Made by a program: the position numbers and the translations under genes. A stretch of 64,000 nt of DNA from Camelus ferus (taxonomy: Eukaryota), in contig NC_045696.1 in the NCBI RefSeq assembly GCF_009834535.1, positions 90,770,001-90,834,000 on the forward strand. The letters are read 5' to 3'. Below the pieces are notes generated by a model. It did not search any database. It had not been told where the DNA came from and saw nothing but the letters and a program-made list of their open reading frames with translations. This document shows, one piece after another, positions 1 through 12,745 of the stretch; positions within the stretch are counted from its first letter, which is position 1; each line of letters begins with the position of its first letter.

Positions 1-121
1 TTTTGTAAATAAAGTTTTATTGGAATACAGCCATACCATTCATCTAGTATTATCTATGGCTATTTTCATGCTAAAAGGACAAAGTTCAGTAGCTGTAACA
101 GAGGCATATGGCCCAGAAAGC
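1..121. mobile_element. MER58-type hAT-Charlie non-autonomous DNA transposon fragment (cut by window start)
   Basis: ttttgtaaataaagttttattggaatacagcc...agtagctgtaacagaggcatatggccc resembles the MER58 core; opposite orientation to the copy at 33255-33455. Confidence 0.75.
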
Positions 122-204
122 ATTCTAACTCATGCAAGTTAGTTTCCTACTGAAACATTCACCTGACTCCACTGTAATTATTTATATATCTGCCCTTCTA
201 CATA

Positions 205-335
205 TTTGCTACATTCATAGAATCTCCAAGTAGCACTGACCTGCCACTATGTCCCTATTACCTAAAGTAGTACTTGACAAACAGAAGGAATTCAAATATT
301 GTTGACTGAATAAGTGAACAAATGAATGAATGAGC
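205..335 (+). mobile_element. L2 3' end relic
   Basis: tagtacttgac...caaatattgttgactgaataagtgaacaaatgaatgaatga, typical L2 terminus with (TGAA)n tail. Confidence 0.55.
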
Positions 336-2525
336 ATATCTGATCAATAACCAATAAATATTTATTAACAACTAACATATATATGAGGAATTCTGAGTGT
401 TAAAAAAGAGTATGACACATTCTCTGTCCTGAATGGTTTAAAAATCAGGTTTACAAAATAAACATGTTAAGCCATAAAATATATATATATGCTATTTCTG
501 GAGCAAAGCAGGGTGCATCTGTCATATATAAATACTACCATGTTAAATGTATACAATGACACAGCCCCTACCCAAAATCCTAATGTTAGATTGTACCAAA
601 AGGTATGAATTTGTGTTGTCAGCACTAACCAGAAGAGACGGCACATTGACATAACACTACCCTGTACTATGACCCACAAAAACCATGAAGATGACTGAAG
701 CAGGCTACTTACAGCTTTTCTGGCCTCAGTACTTGGGGCCCTTCCACTGACACTGTCTATTTTGACTTTGTTCATTGACTTTGTTGAGAATTAAGAAGTA
801 ATGACAAATACAACATTATTATCTTGTGAACCTGTCATCCAGGAATCAGTCCCTTGAATACAATCAACTCTGAGTGATGGAAGAATCTAACCTGTAAAAA
901 AGCTGGTTCAGAACTTCAAGAGTAATGTCACCATATGAGACCCTTTCCTGAAACTACCCAACCTCTCTTTTTATTCATGTTCTCATTTTTCTTACCTTTA
1001 AAATCACCCAGCTAATGCTCTATGTAATATCAACTTTACACAACTGTGTAAATATTCTAAAAATGTAAAATTTAGTGAAGTAGAAAGCAAAAATTTAATG
1101 ACCAGTAAAAATCAGTCACTTCACATAGTTATGTAATACTGAAATGTAAACCAAAAGGAGGAGGGAAAGAAAGAAACAAGGAGTATCTCCTTGACTGACA
1201 TAATTTACTTGTCCTCTTAGTCCATATTTTTCAGTCTCAGAAACCTACTCTATATCCCCTGTTCAAATCTACCACCCTCCTTTCTCCTTTTATCAACAGA
1301 TATCCCCCATACCCTCTCTGATCCTCATTCCATTCTACCAATTCAGGCTAAGTCAGCCTCCCTATCCTTAAAACCAGATATCCAACCCTATCTCCTCTCC
1401 TGTAATATTTGACAATCCTTAGAACTAGAAAAAGACAGAATTCAGAATTTTGCAGGACCACAAGTGCTCAATGCGCATTAATGGTTGTAGGGTGGTCAGG
1501 GAAAAGAAAGTCTCATAAAGTTATATTCTTCCAAAATCCACCACAAATTTATCATTTCAAAGAATACATAAAAGCCAAGAATCTGGGCGGTTCTATATAA
1601 TATCACTATAAATCTGGATAAAAAATTAACACATAGACAACAGTGAAAAAGAGAGGGATAAGAAGAGTTCCATATCCTTCAATAAACTAAATTCTTCACA
1701 GGCTCAAGATCTCAAGAAACCATATCCAAGATATTGGTAAGCTCTTCAATTTAACACTGAAAAATGATACACTAAAGATAAACACTTTTGTATTGAAGTA
1801 TTAAAGTGAACATACCTAAGATGTTGAAAGGCTGAAAAAAGAGGATAAATTCCAAGATGTTCTACTTCATAGAAGCTGCAATTTAAGCTACTAAACAAGA
1901 TTCTGTTTCATTTTAACATCTTCTAATTTAATAAACAGTTATGAGTGGACTTCAAGCTCCAAATTGGACAGAGTCAGGATAACTGTTTCAATTATATCAA
2001 TTCTAGAAAAATAATATTCTGGGTCTTTTATACATATACACTTATTCTAACAAACACATAATACCTGAATATTAACCAAGTCCTCATTCTGTATTGAAAG
2101 AGGTCTAACCAATAGTAAATCACATGGTTTTCTCCTTTTGTTCCATCTTTATCCTTTTCCCCTAACAGTTTTATAATAAGCTAACAGACATTTTAATCAT
2201 CAAGTAGTCTTCAAATTTTAATCCGTATTCATGATAAAGGAAATGGAACTTTCCTAACAAATCATGTAAATTTTCCTTTACTGAGATACTAAGGTTTGAC
2301 AGTGTTGTTTGTTTCTAAGATTTGCTATGTAAGTATTAAATGAAAACAGGAATAGAAAGGAAACAGCAATAATTTGAGGTAACTATTTTAATTTATCTCT
2401 TCTCCCTTCTCTATTGTATCCTCCTCTTTTTTCCATCTAAGAAAAACCACAGAGGATGAAAATTTAGTTTGAATATTGCTATGGAATCAATGAGTTATCA
2501 CTGCTTTAGATTTGCTTCAACTTAC

Positions 2526-2699
2526 CCACGTTTGATGTTGTGTAATTCCTTATCTTTGTTTTTATCCTTCTCCTTTTCTCTTTTCTCCTTATCTCTGCCT
2601 TTACGTCGTTCTCTATCCCGAGACCTACTACGTGTTCTTCTGTGACTGGACCTTTCACTGCTTCGACTATGGGAACGTGGACGAGGTCTTGACCGGGAC
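2526..2699 (-). CDS. RSRC1: Internal coding exon (174 nt, phase 2-2) of arginine/serine-rich coiled-coil protein 1 (SRrp53)
   Basis: Minus strand reads ...cttactgtag|G TCC CGG TCA...AAA CGT GG|gtaagtt with canonical AG/GT. Translation [57 protein letters not shown](G) matches the RSRC1 segment as I recall it. Local CpG enrichment. The ORF-track N-terminus MYLMKSTYC is intronic. Confidence 0.93.
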
Positions 2700-5246
2700 C
2701 TACAGTAAGTAGATTTCATTAAATACATTTAATGAATATTTTGTATTATGAAATAAAAATTTCCTTAAAAATTATCTGAAAGAAAAAGATTTAGTTTTAG
2801 TTAAGGATTCAGCAGTTAAATAAGTGTGAAAAGCAAGCATCTAAATATGATTCTTTATGAATAAGTACTCTGTTAGAATGATACATGAGGGAAATATATG
2901 TTGTCAACAAACTTTAAAGGAAATTAAGGCTTACTCAAAAAGTGTTTGTTTAGTCAAAAAGTCTTAAAGTTCAAATCAAGTCTTCATTATTCAAATCTCA
3001 TCAAGATAACATAACAAATCTAAATGTATCCAATCTAATTTTCAAGGATAGGGTCTTCTCTATTCTTACAATCTCTGCATCTATATTGATTCAACCTTAT
3101 TTCCTATTTCTAATTGTTACAATAAAACTATTCCTCTAGTCTACTACAATCTAGCTATCCTTTGTATAAAATGAAGGACAAAATTAGGTCGGATACATTA
3201 TGTGCTTTTAAAAAGTAAAGATTTTTAGATCCTGTCTTAACAGTATTGACAAGAAAGCCTCCACCAGACTGATGATCTCACAGAAACTATAAAAATAAAC
3301 TATCTGAAGTCACTGAATAGTGATCAAAAGAAGGCATTGACCTTTAAAAAGAACAAAACCTTACTATTTATATATGTTGCTGACTTATGTAATGTAATTT
3401 CAAGCAATTAGATTATGAACCAAGAATGATGGGCAAGCCAACACATGGGAAAAGAAACAGCAATAAGAAAGTTTGCCATTTTATCAGTTTCTTTTCTGAT
3501 GACAAGCCTAAGTCTGCCATGCCGGACAGATAAACCTCCAACAGAAAACTTTTAAATTTCTGGCCTGAAAAATCAGAACAGAGATTCAGGGCAACCATCA
3601 CAAAAGGAAAATGAAAGGGAAATCCTGCAAAAGAGTCAGAAGAGGAAGCCAAAAATTCTAGATGTAATTCTGTTCAAATCTCTAGCTGAACCCTACATCA
3701 TGAATATGAACAGCAGATTCCAAATAGCTAAGGACAAGAGAACTGAATTAAAATTTCAACTGCCCCCAAAGAGACTGGATTTTTATAATGTTAATTGAAC
3801 TAAGTTAATTCCCTGCTTTAAAAAAAAAAAAGTAAACAAAAAAATCAATATTCTTTGGAGAAAAATAACAGAATACAGAGTATTAAAAAAAATGACATTC
3901 ACCATGTCCATGATACAATCCAAAGTTACTAGATGTACAGTGAAACGTGAACAATGTGATTAACTCTCAAGAGAAAAAAATAGTCAATAATGACCAACCT
4001 TGAGATGAGCCAGATGTTGAAATTAGCAGGCAGGATTTTAAAATAGTAAGTATAACTATGTTTATAATCAATATAAAGTAAAGACATCTCTGAAGAAAAA
4101 TAATAGAAAATACAAAAATTCTGTAACTGAAAAATACAATATCCAAAATTAGTATTACACTAAATGAGAGCAAAAGCAGAGTGATAATAACAAAGGAAAA
4201 AAATTCTGTGTACTTCAAAACAAATAAATCAAACTTATCCAATCTGAAGAATTAAGAGGGAAAAAAGGCTGTTAAAAGAAAGAAAAAGCCCTGGGATCTG
4301 TGTATTCAAGTGTCTAACATGTTTATTTAAACCCAAAAGTAGAGAAAAATAATGAGGCAGAAAATTATTTTTTTTAAGTGGTGGTCAAAATTTCCCCAAA
4401 TTTAGTGAATGAAAAGTTTACAGATTCCAGAAGTTTAGTGAACACCAAAATAAATATGAAGACCATGACTAGTAATACTATAGTCAAGCTGATGAAAACT
4501 AAAGGTGTAGAAAAATCTTGAAAGTATTCAGGAAAAAAGTTGACACACTACATACAAGGGAACAATGATATGAAATACTGCTGGCTTCTCATCAGAAACA
4601 ATAAAGATCAGACGACAATGGAATAAAATTCTTAACATGGTGAAAGAAAAAAAAAATCACCCCAGAATTTTATATCCAGCAAAAATATCCCTCAAAAATA
4701 AAAGTAAATCAAAGACATTTTTGAGATAAAGGAAAAGTAAACCATAATCATCAACAATTACTAATCTGCATCATAGTAAGTACTAAAATAAGTTCTTCAG
4801 GCTGAAGAGAATGATAAATGATGGAAACTTGGATCTTCAGAAAGGAAATGAAGACCACTGGAAATGGTAAATATATGGGTAAATGTAAAAACTACTTCCC
4901 TTTATTTAAAATATGTATGCACTTGAAGTAAGAACTACAATATTTTACTATAGGGTTTATGAAGGGAGATATAATACATATAATCGCTACAAAATAAAGT
5001 ATGGAGCAGATAAACAGACATGTACAGTTAGAAGATTTGTTTCTACATTTCACATGAATGGTGAACAGTAACTCTAAGTACACTGAAATGGTAAGAGTAT
5101 ATATGTAATCCTTACAGCAACTACTTAAAGAAAAGGGAAAAAAAAAAAAAAGAATAAGAAGGATAAATGAATGCCGAGAAGTGTAGCTAAAGAGATGAAC
5201 TAAAAGAGAATTCTTTAAAATATTCATTAATCCAAAAGAAGGCTAG

Positions 5247-5387
5247 GAGGGAGGGTATAGCTCAAGTGGTAGAACCCACACTTAGCAAACACAAGGTCCT
5301 GGGTTCAATCCCCAGCAACTCCTCTAAAAATAAATAAATAACTAAACCTAATTACCTCCTCCAAAAATAAATTTTTTTTTAATTTTT
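5247..5387 (+). mobile_element. tRNA-derived camelid SINE (Vic-1-like)
   Basis: gagggtatagctcaagtggtaga (A box)...gggttcaatccccagc (B box), A-rich tail; perfect 13-bp TSD aaaagaaggctag at 5234-5246 and 5388-5400. Confidence 0.9.
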
Positions 5388-5526
5388 AAAAGAAGGCTAG
5401 AAAGCAAGTACAAGGAAACAAACAAAAAAGGGACAATAAAAGAGTAGACAAATCTAAACATATTAGTAATTAATTTAATTAATTTTAATTAAAATGAATT
5501 AATTTCATTAAAAAGCAGAGCTGTAT

Positions 5527-5922
5527 CTCCTTTTCTCTGTCATTATGATATGGAGTTGACTCTGTTCCTCACATGTCTTCTCACAAGACTCAGGATCAAG
5601 CAATTCCTGACCAAGAAACCAAAGTACAGTCCCATTTCCCAATGGATTCAAATGAAAATAAGCACTAAAATCAGGTACAACTCCAAAATGAAACAATGGA
5701 GAAGAAACAAGCTGGGTCTATATGAAATCACACAGGAGATGTCACATATACTTATGCTCTATCAAGGTCATTTACATCTTAACATATCACTCTGAAAGCA
5801 TCACTACTATCTGGACAGTTGAATGTGTTTCAATTAAAAAAATGACTTTTTACTTTGTTTCTATGTTTCTGCACTGGTAGGCTGGTTCAGTAATAAATAT
5901 GTGACACCTTTTGTTTGAGAGG
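5527..5922 (+). pseudogene. RPL39: Processed pseudogene of ribosomal protein L39
   Basis: Pyrimidine-rich 5' leader; ATG at 5573 gives MSSHKT, then a frameshift; the other frame gives [43 protein letters not shown]; intronless; 3'UTR with AATAAA at 5892-5897; degenerate TSD aaaagcagagct / aatagcacagct. Confidence 0.92.
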
Positions 5923-7158
5923 AAAAATAGCACAGCTTGTCCAAATTAATTTATTAAGCAACACACAACTATACATGGTCTACAAGATATGCAATTTAAA
6001 TACAGACACAGGTTGAAAATAAATGGTTAAAAATAGATATATCATGTAAACAGCAAACACAGAAAGGCTGGAATGAATATATTAAAATCAAATAAACTAG
6101 AGTGTATCACCTTAGACACTTAGAAACTAAGAGTATCACCCCAAATAATAATGTACACTTCATGTGATCAAAGGGTCAATTCATAAGTAGAAGTCATACA
6201 GAATATGTTTATTGTACCACAACAGAATTAAATTAGAATTCAATAACAATAAAGCATCTAGAAAAAACCCAAAGGTGTAGAAATACACTTCTGAATAAGT
6301 CACGAGTCAAGTAAGAAATCACAAGAGAAATGAGAAAATATTTTAAACTGAAAGACAATGAAAATACAGCATATAAGAATTTGTGTGATGCAGCTAAAGC
6401 AATGTTTAGAGGAGATTTTATAGCTTTAAATATTTATATTAGAAAAGAAGAAAAGTCTAAAATCAATTACCTAATGTTTCATCTTTAGAAGCTAGAAACA
6501 AGAGCAAAGTAAACCCAAAGTAAGTAGAAGAAAGGAAACATTAAAGAGCAAAACTCAATGGAGTAGGAAGCAATAAAGAAAATTAACAAAGCCAAAATCT
6601 GGTTTGCTGAGAATATCAAAAATATTTGGTAAATCCCTGACTAGACTGATAAAGCAAAAAAAAAAAAAAGCAAACACAAATAACAACAACAAAAAAAATT
6701 TGTGGATAAAGAAATTGTATGAACTAGTCACATGTACTTTGGACATGTGTAGAACTTGAAGTGAATCATATGAGTTTTGGTGGTAGTTAGTTCTGTCATC
6801 TTTCATCCCTAACTGGTTCGTTCAGTGAATAGAAAGCAATACTGTATCATAAGACCACAAATTCTTTTTTAAAATGTGATTTTGAGAAGTTACAATATTT
6901 ATTGCAAGGAATGTCGACATCAGTTCATTATCCTAATCTACAAAATTTAAATTTCCATCATTTTCTCTTTCACTACTCCCTCTCTTAATTTTGACAAATG
7001 CTTCTTTCCACATAAAGTTTTAATTTACAATTTATTGCCCCCACAGATGTTATCTATTCATTTCTAATTCAGTCTTTTATTATATGTGGATATACAGAAA
7101 TTTTAACAGATTATTCCAAAATCTTTGAACAATAATTAGAATTTAAAGTTTTCTGGCT

Positions 7159-7286
7159 GGGGGAGGGTATAAAGCTCAGTGATAGAGTGTGTGCTTAGCA
7201 TGTACAAAGTCCTGGGTTCAATCCCCAGTACCTCCATTAAAAAAAATAAATAAACCTAATTACCTTACCCCCCCAAAAAAAAATCC
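7159..7286 (+). mobile_element. tRNA-derived camelid SINE (Vic-1-like)
   Basis: gggggagggtataaagctcagtgatagag...gtcctgggttcaatccccagtacctcc; TSD ttaaagttttc at 7143-7153 and 7287-7297. Confidence 0.9.
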
Positions 7287-7804
7287 TTAAAGTTTTCCAG
7301 TTAAAAGAAAATAACAGTCATAACAATAATAATAATAATAATAAAGGGGGCCTTTTTTTGTGATAACCACAGCCTCTATATATATATATATATATGGCAT
7401 GTGTATATATATATTGCACTATATATATTGCATGTATATACAGTATACTATCTTAATTTGGTTCTATTTTATGAATCTGGAAATTAGTTTTCACTTAACT
7501 AGTAAAAAAGCAGAGTAACAAAAGTAGAGTAACAAATCTTGGTTTAAACACTAACAACAAACCTCTAAGAGCTTCTTTATCTTAAGTAAAACCTCAAAGT
7601 AAGCTCATTTCTTAGTGGTTTGTCACTAAGAAAAATATACTGTTGGACAAAATGTGTAATCACTTGTGGATTTCAGATAAGGCACATTTTGGTGAAATCT
7701 TTTTTTTTTTAACTGTATCTTTAAAACTAAATGTATCTCCTCTTAATATAACCATAGCTACAGAAGCAGTAAGTTAAAAAATAAAGGATTTCTCATATAA
7801 CAGT

Positions 7805-7925
7805 GTCCTCAAACAAGTTACTTCCTCTCTGGCATCTATATCTTCCTCTACAAAATGAGGACAATAACTACCTTTCAGGACTATAATAAAGATTAAATAA
7901 TAGTATCTAACTGAATTGTGAGGTA
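7805..7925 (+). mobile_element. MIR fragment
   Basis: caagttacttcctctctggcatctatatcttcctctacaaaatgaggacaataactacc, MIR core-like. Confidence 0.6.
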
Positions 7926-10214
7926 GCAGACAAGTAATTTGGGAGGAGGCAGGCACAAAGAAAGATATGAAAGAGAAAGAAGAATGAAGTGCTGATCTGA
8001 ATGAATGAATCAAATCTCAATCAGATCATAATGAAATGTTTCCCTGATACATAGCTAATCCAGTAAAGAGAAGTATTCTGATTTTGATAGATCTTTAAAA
8101 TCTTAAGGCTGGCATAAGGATTACTTAAGTTTCAATACATTTCTTTTATATAGGAAGGTAAATAATCATAATCTTGGTTAAAGATCCACATCTTCTCCAC
8201 AGGAAACCCTCGCTAGCCAAATACATGATCATCACTAGTTTGCTGTAACAGGAAAATCATATCACCTATCATTCAAGCCTTTGGAAAATAAAAGGGGATA
8301 TTTTTTAGAGTCAAGGAAGGCACTGTAACACACGGACAACAGGCAGAAATTGGCACTGTCCCAGAGTAACCAGAAAGTAGGATCACACTATCTATCCCCA
8401 TCACAGCAAAGCTAGATACCGCAATTAGAGGCCTTCTGTCAATTACTATCTGCCTCACTCTCCCCATAGCAACTACTTCCCTAATTTCTACTCCTCCCAA
8501 CTTACCCAATTCATGAATTAATTATCTCCAAATGCATCTCATGGTTTTCCCTATCATAAAGATTCTACCATAGAAAACATATGCCTACCATTCTCCAAAA
8601 ATATCCTGCTCATTATGTCTTCATACAAGCAACCCATGACATTCTGGAATACTCTTTTACAAATATTGCTGATGTGGCTCAATGACCTATGATAGTAATT
8701 ATCAGTTATATGAGTTAAGTGCTCACGCTATCAAATTTAAAGAAAGTAATAAGTTTAAAAATATCACAGTATGCAATAGAAGCTATTGGCCTTTCCACCC
8801 AATGTCTTAATATTCATTATTTTAATTCTCATATTTGAGGCCTCTTAACCTTGCCTATAGGCTACAAGAAGCAAAAAAAAAAAAAAAAAAAAAAGACTCT
8901 GGAGAGAAGAAATGGGGAAAAGAGAGCAAATCCAAAACACAGTTTTCACAACATTATTAAAGGCTGCTAAAAAGGACCACAAAGTCAAACACAGGTTTTA
9001 AATGAATTAAGCTGCTGACTTTTAGTTTTCATGAGAATCACTTTGCATAATTTTGAGTAAAACTCACATGCAGACTATGAACAATCCCATTTACTTTATT
9101 AAGTAAACATAATTACATATTTGAAGGCTTTCCATCAGGAAAAAAGTAATAGATCAGAGTAAAGAGATTCCCTACCCTGACCAAACAGATTAGAAAGTCA
9201 AAGAAACTATACTAAAATTTAAGATATTATTTTTTCCCTCATTCCTTAAATAAATACCTTTCTGATAAATCACTCTAGAAGTCTCTAGAGTACCAAAGCC
9301 AATATGGAAATATATTATAAGCAAAGAAACATTTGATAAAAAATGTGGCAATCTAGAACACACAATATATAAGCAATAAATGGACAGCAAGATGTCCTAT
9401 TATATCAGATAAATGCTTTCAATATCTACAGAATAGGAAGAATCACCATAACATCCCTACATAAAATGAATTACTGCCCTCAAAAAACAATTTTTCAAGT
9501 TTCTTAATTGGCTAATGAGTTCTAAACACATGTAATCAAAACAAATATCCTAATATTTTGTCTTTCAAAAAAAAACTACAATACTTCAAATACTCTCTTA
9601 ACTAGAATAGTATAAAGATTACATTTGCCATAAAATAAAACCATAATTAAAATTACACTTAAAAATTTTACACTGAATAAACTAACATGGACTCTATATC
9701 AGGATGGTATTTTGAACATGGATATCTACTTTCACCCCCAATTAAAATCCAACTAAAATCATAACAAAAGGGGGAATTTTTTTAACAGAACCTATACTAT
9801 AGGGAAGAGATACACTTTGAAAAAGGATGTGTCCACTAGCGGCTTGGTGGTGAAAGAAAACCAGAAATCAAGGTGCTGAAGCTCAAGGCTCTATAAAAAC
9901 AAGAGGACATCAAAGGATCTAAAAAAAGACCTACCTTTTCCCATAAAGTTCCCCATTTATTAAAGAAATTCCACCTCACTATACTAAAAATAGTACAGTG
10001 CCATTCAAGAAATCTTATAAGTCACTAAAAATCTTCAGCCCATCCACTGAATTGTCTGTTACTGCTGATTCAAGAAAATTCTAAACATTATCATGAACAA
10101 CAACAAAAAAGAATCCAACATCCATACAAAGTAACTATAAGAAAAGAATCAAAGTTAGAATCAAATTTTTTCAGGTGACACAAATACACATCACACACAC
10201 ACACACACAAAACA

Positions 10215-12745
10215 ATGAAGCAGAAGAGACTATAACATAACACTCCAACATTAATTAAATACAGCATATAATAAGAGACAGGCATAAGTGATAAAAGGGC
10301 CATGAAAAAGAAACTATTAAAAAATAAAACTTGTAGAAAGGACCAGAAAAAAGCAATAGATGAGGCAGACAGTTAATATCAAACCTCACTGAGGCTCCAG
10401 AATAAGAAAAAACAAGTAACAGAGCTAATATTACAATCAGAATCCAAGGACATTTTTGGAACTAAGAGAATCTACATGTAGAAAGGATCTACTGTGTATC
10501 TGGGGAAATGGATTAACCATAGCCAACTCTTAGACATAGTCTGAAGAAGTTATTGCACGTTAATAATAAAGGAAAAGAACGCTCTAATCAAGTCACTAAT
10601 AAAGTCAAATTGGCATCAGTCTTCTCAACTGCAAGATACACAGCAAAACAATGACTTTAATATTCTTTGGGGAACTCAAGGGGAAAAAGTGTGCTCACCA
10701 TGTTACATCTAGTTAAGATATCCTTCAACTATCAAAACTACAAGGAAAAATATGACAAGAGTGCTAATTTACGTCTGACTCTAATAAGTCAAGGGCCTGC
10801 TCTAATTTCTAGATTAAGCACTCAAAGTAAAAATAACAGAAAGTAAGCTAACAAACTAATAGAGAAGAAAGTAAAATAAAAGTAATCCAAAGCAGAAAAA
10901 AAAATGGATTTGACAAACAGAAAACAAAGAAGACAGAAGATTTAGATCCAAATATAACAGTAATCAATAAACATAAACAGACTAAATTATACGTTTGAAG
11001 GAAAAAGACTATCAAACTGAAAAACAGAAAACTATAGAGAGCTTTCAAAATTAACATGTTAAATATAAAAACAGAAAGTTCGAAAATAAAAGGATAGGGA
11101 AAGATATCATACAAGCACTAACAAAAAGATAGTGAAGTCATATCAATATTAGACAATGCAGACCTCAAAGTAAGAAATATTTCTAGAAATAGAGATGTTT
11201 CATGATAGGATCATTCCAAAAGGAATACAAAACTATTCTGAATTTGCATACATTTAATAAAAGAGCCTCAAAATATATAAAGCAGGAGCTGGTAGAACTT
11301 GATGGAAAACAGACAAATCCACAATCAAGATTTGTCTGTGAGCTCTCTTAATAACTGATAAAATAAGCAAGTTTTAAAAGAAAAAAAAAGTAAAGATACA
11401 GAAGATTTGAACAAATAGTTAAATTCACTTATTTAACTGTATTCATTGCTAATCAAGTGTATCTGTAATATAAACCTAAACTAAACCTTATGATGGGCCA
11501 TAAAGCTAATGTCAACAGATTTCAAAGTTGAAAGGTATTCAGATTGTGTTTTCTGAAGGAAGGGAGGGAGGGAGGAAAGGAGGAAGGAAGGAAGGAAGGG
11601 AGGCAAGCAACTAGAAAAGCCTCCAAATGTTTGGAAATTTAATAACACATTTCTACATAACCCATGGGAAAGATGAAGTCACAATGGAGATTTTATTTGA
11701 ACTGAATGAAAACTAAAAGATGACAGATCAAAAATGTGTAGGCTACAGCTAAAATACAACAAAGATGAAAATTTATAACACTGAATACACATATCAGAAA
11801 AGAATAAAAGCTAAAATAAATGATCTAAGCATCCATCTCAAGGAGTTAGAAAACTATACTCAAGAATGTAAAAGGAAAGAAATAAAGAAAAGAAGCACAA
11901 AATTAATGACTCAGAAGATTAAGAAAGACAAAGTTGATTCTTTAAGAAGATGAATAAAGTTGATAAGTCCTTGGAAATGACAAAAAAAATAGAGAAATCA
12001 CAAATAAAATAATCAATATTCTAGTTAAATGATCTTTTGCCCATAAGGGTTAAAAGCTATGGGGATAACCCTCTTATCATAAACAAGTAAAAAAGCAGAC
12101 AAAATGTATTTAACAACTATGTCAGACATTGGACTATTGGCAGTACATAAGTGTAATTCCCAAAGAAAAGGAAAACAAAAAAGGGAACCCTAGGATGCCC
12201 CAGCTTACTGCCTTTGAGGAAGTTTCTAAGCCACAGAGGAAGGAAAGGGAACCCAAACAAAGCCTCACAGACTTGCTGAGTTAGAGAGGCAGACACAGAT
12301 CTTCAAGAAGGTCCAGGTAATAGAATTTGCAAGGCATTAGACCAAAGAGAAGGAAGTTGGACAGAAATAGGGATCCAGAAATCTACAGTGTGCTCTCTAG
12401 ATCTTTGACAAGTTCCAGTCTACAAATATGTGAAATGAAATTCCATGTAACCAGGGGAAAATACAATGCATAGCAAGAAAAAACCCAGAATATTATATGG
12501 GGAAGAAACAGTGTTCTATCAGCCAGAATGGAGACACTTTCTACATAAGACATTGTATAGAGTCAAGTATTAATTCTGGAGCTAAATTAGCCATAGAGTA
12601 AAGGTACTCTGGATCCATCCTAACAAAGCTTAACAGCAAATCTTGATAATGACAAAATATTACCTGATGAAGTTACATCATGGCTACATGAGGGTTTATT
12701 ATACTATCCTCTGTTTTAATGAACGCTTAAATTTCTCCATTCAAA
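10215..12745 (+). mobile_element. Cluster of old degraded L1 fragments (ORF1 and ORF2-EN pieces, a 5' piece, an old L1M 3' end)
   Basis: atctaagcatccatctcaaggagttagaaaa; ggctacatgagggtttattatactatcctc; A-rich L1 strand composition. Confidence 0.7.
11556..11602. repeat. (GGAA/GGGA)n simple repeat
   Basis: aaggaagggagggagggaggaaaggaggaaggaaggaaggaaggga. Confidence 0.9.

Larger units (their letters stand above)
3240..6690 (+). mobile_element. Old degraded L1 (5' region, ORF1, spacer, start of ORF2 endonuclease) interrupted by a SINE and the RPL39 retrocopy
   Basis: ORF1-like gctggcttctcatcagaaacaat...cccagaattttatatccagcaaaaatatccctcaaaaataaa; ORF2-like gaatttgtgtgatgcagctaaagcaatgtttagaggagattttatagc. 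Confidence 0.8.

Noticed and set aside
2702..2710. Plus-strand ACA|GTAAGT donor overlapping the RSRC1 acceptor
   Set aside because: Can be explained as the complement of the acceptor region; no partner plus-strand exon identified
2700..2728. ATG-initiated start of ORF 2522-2728
   Set aside because: MYLMKSTYC lies upstream of a canonical acceptor and is intronic read-through
5247..5325. tRNA-like A/B boxes (also at 7159 and 43399)
   Set aside because: SINE heads with A-rich tails (TSDs at two of them), not tRNA genes
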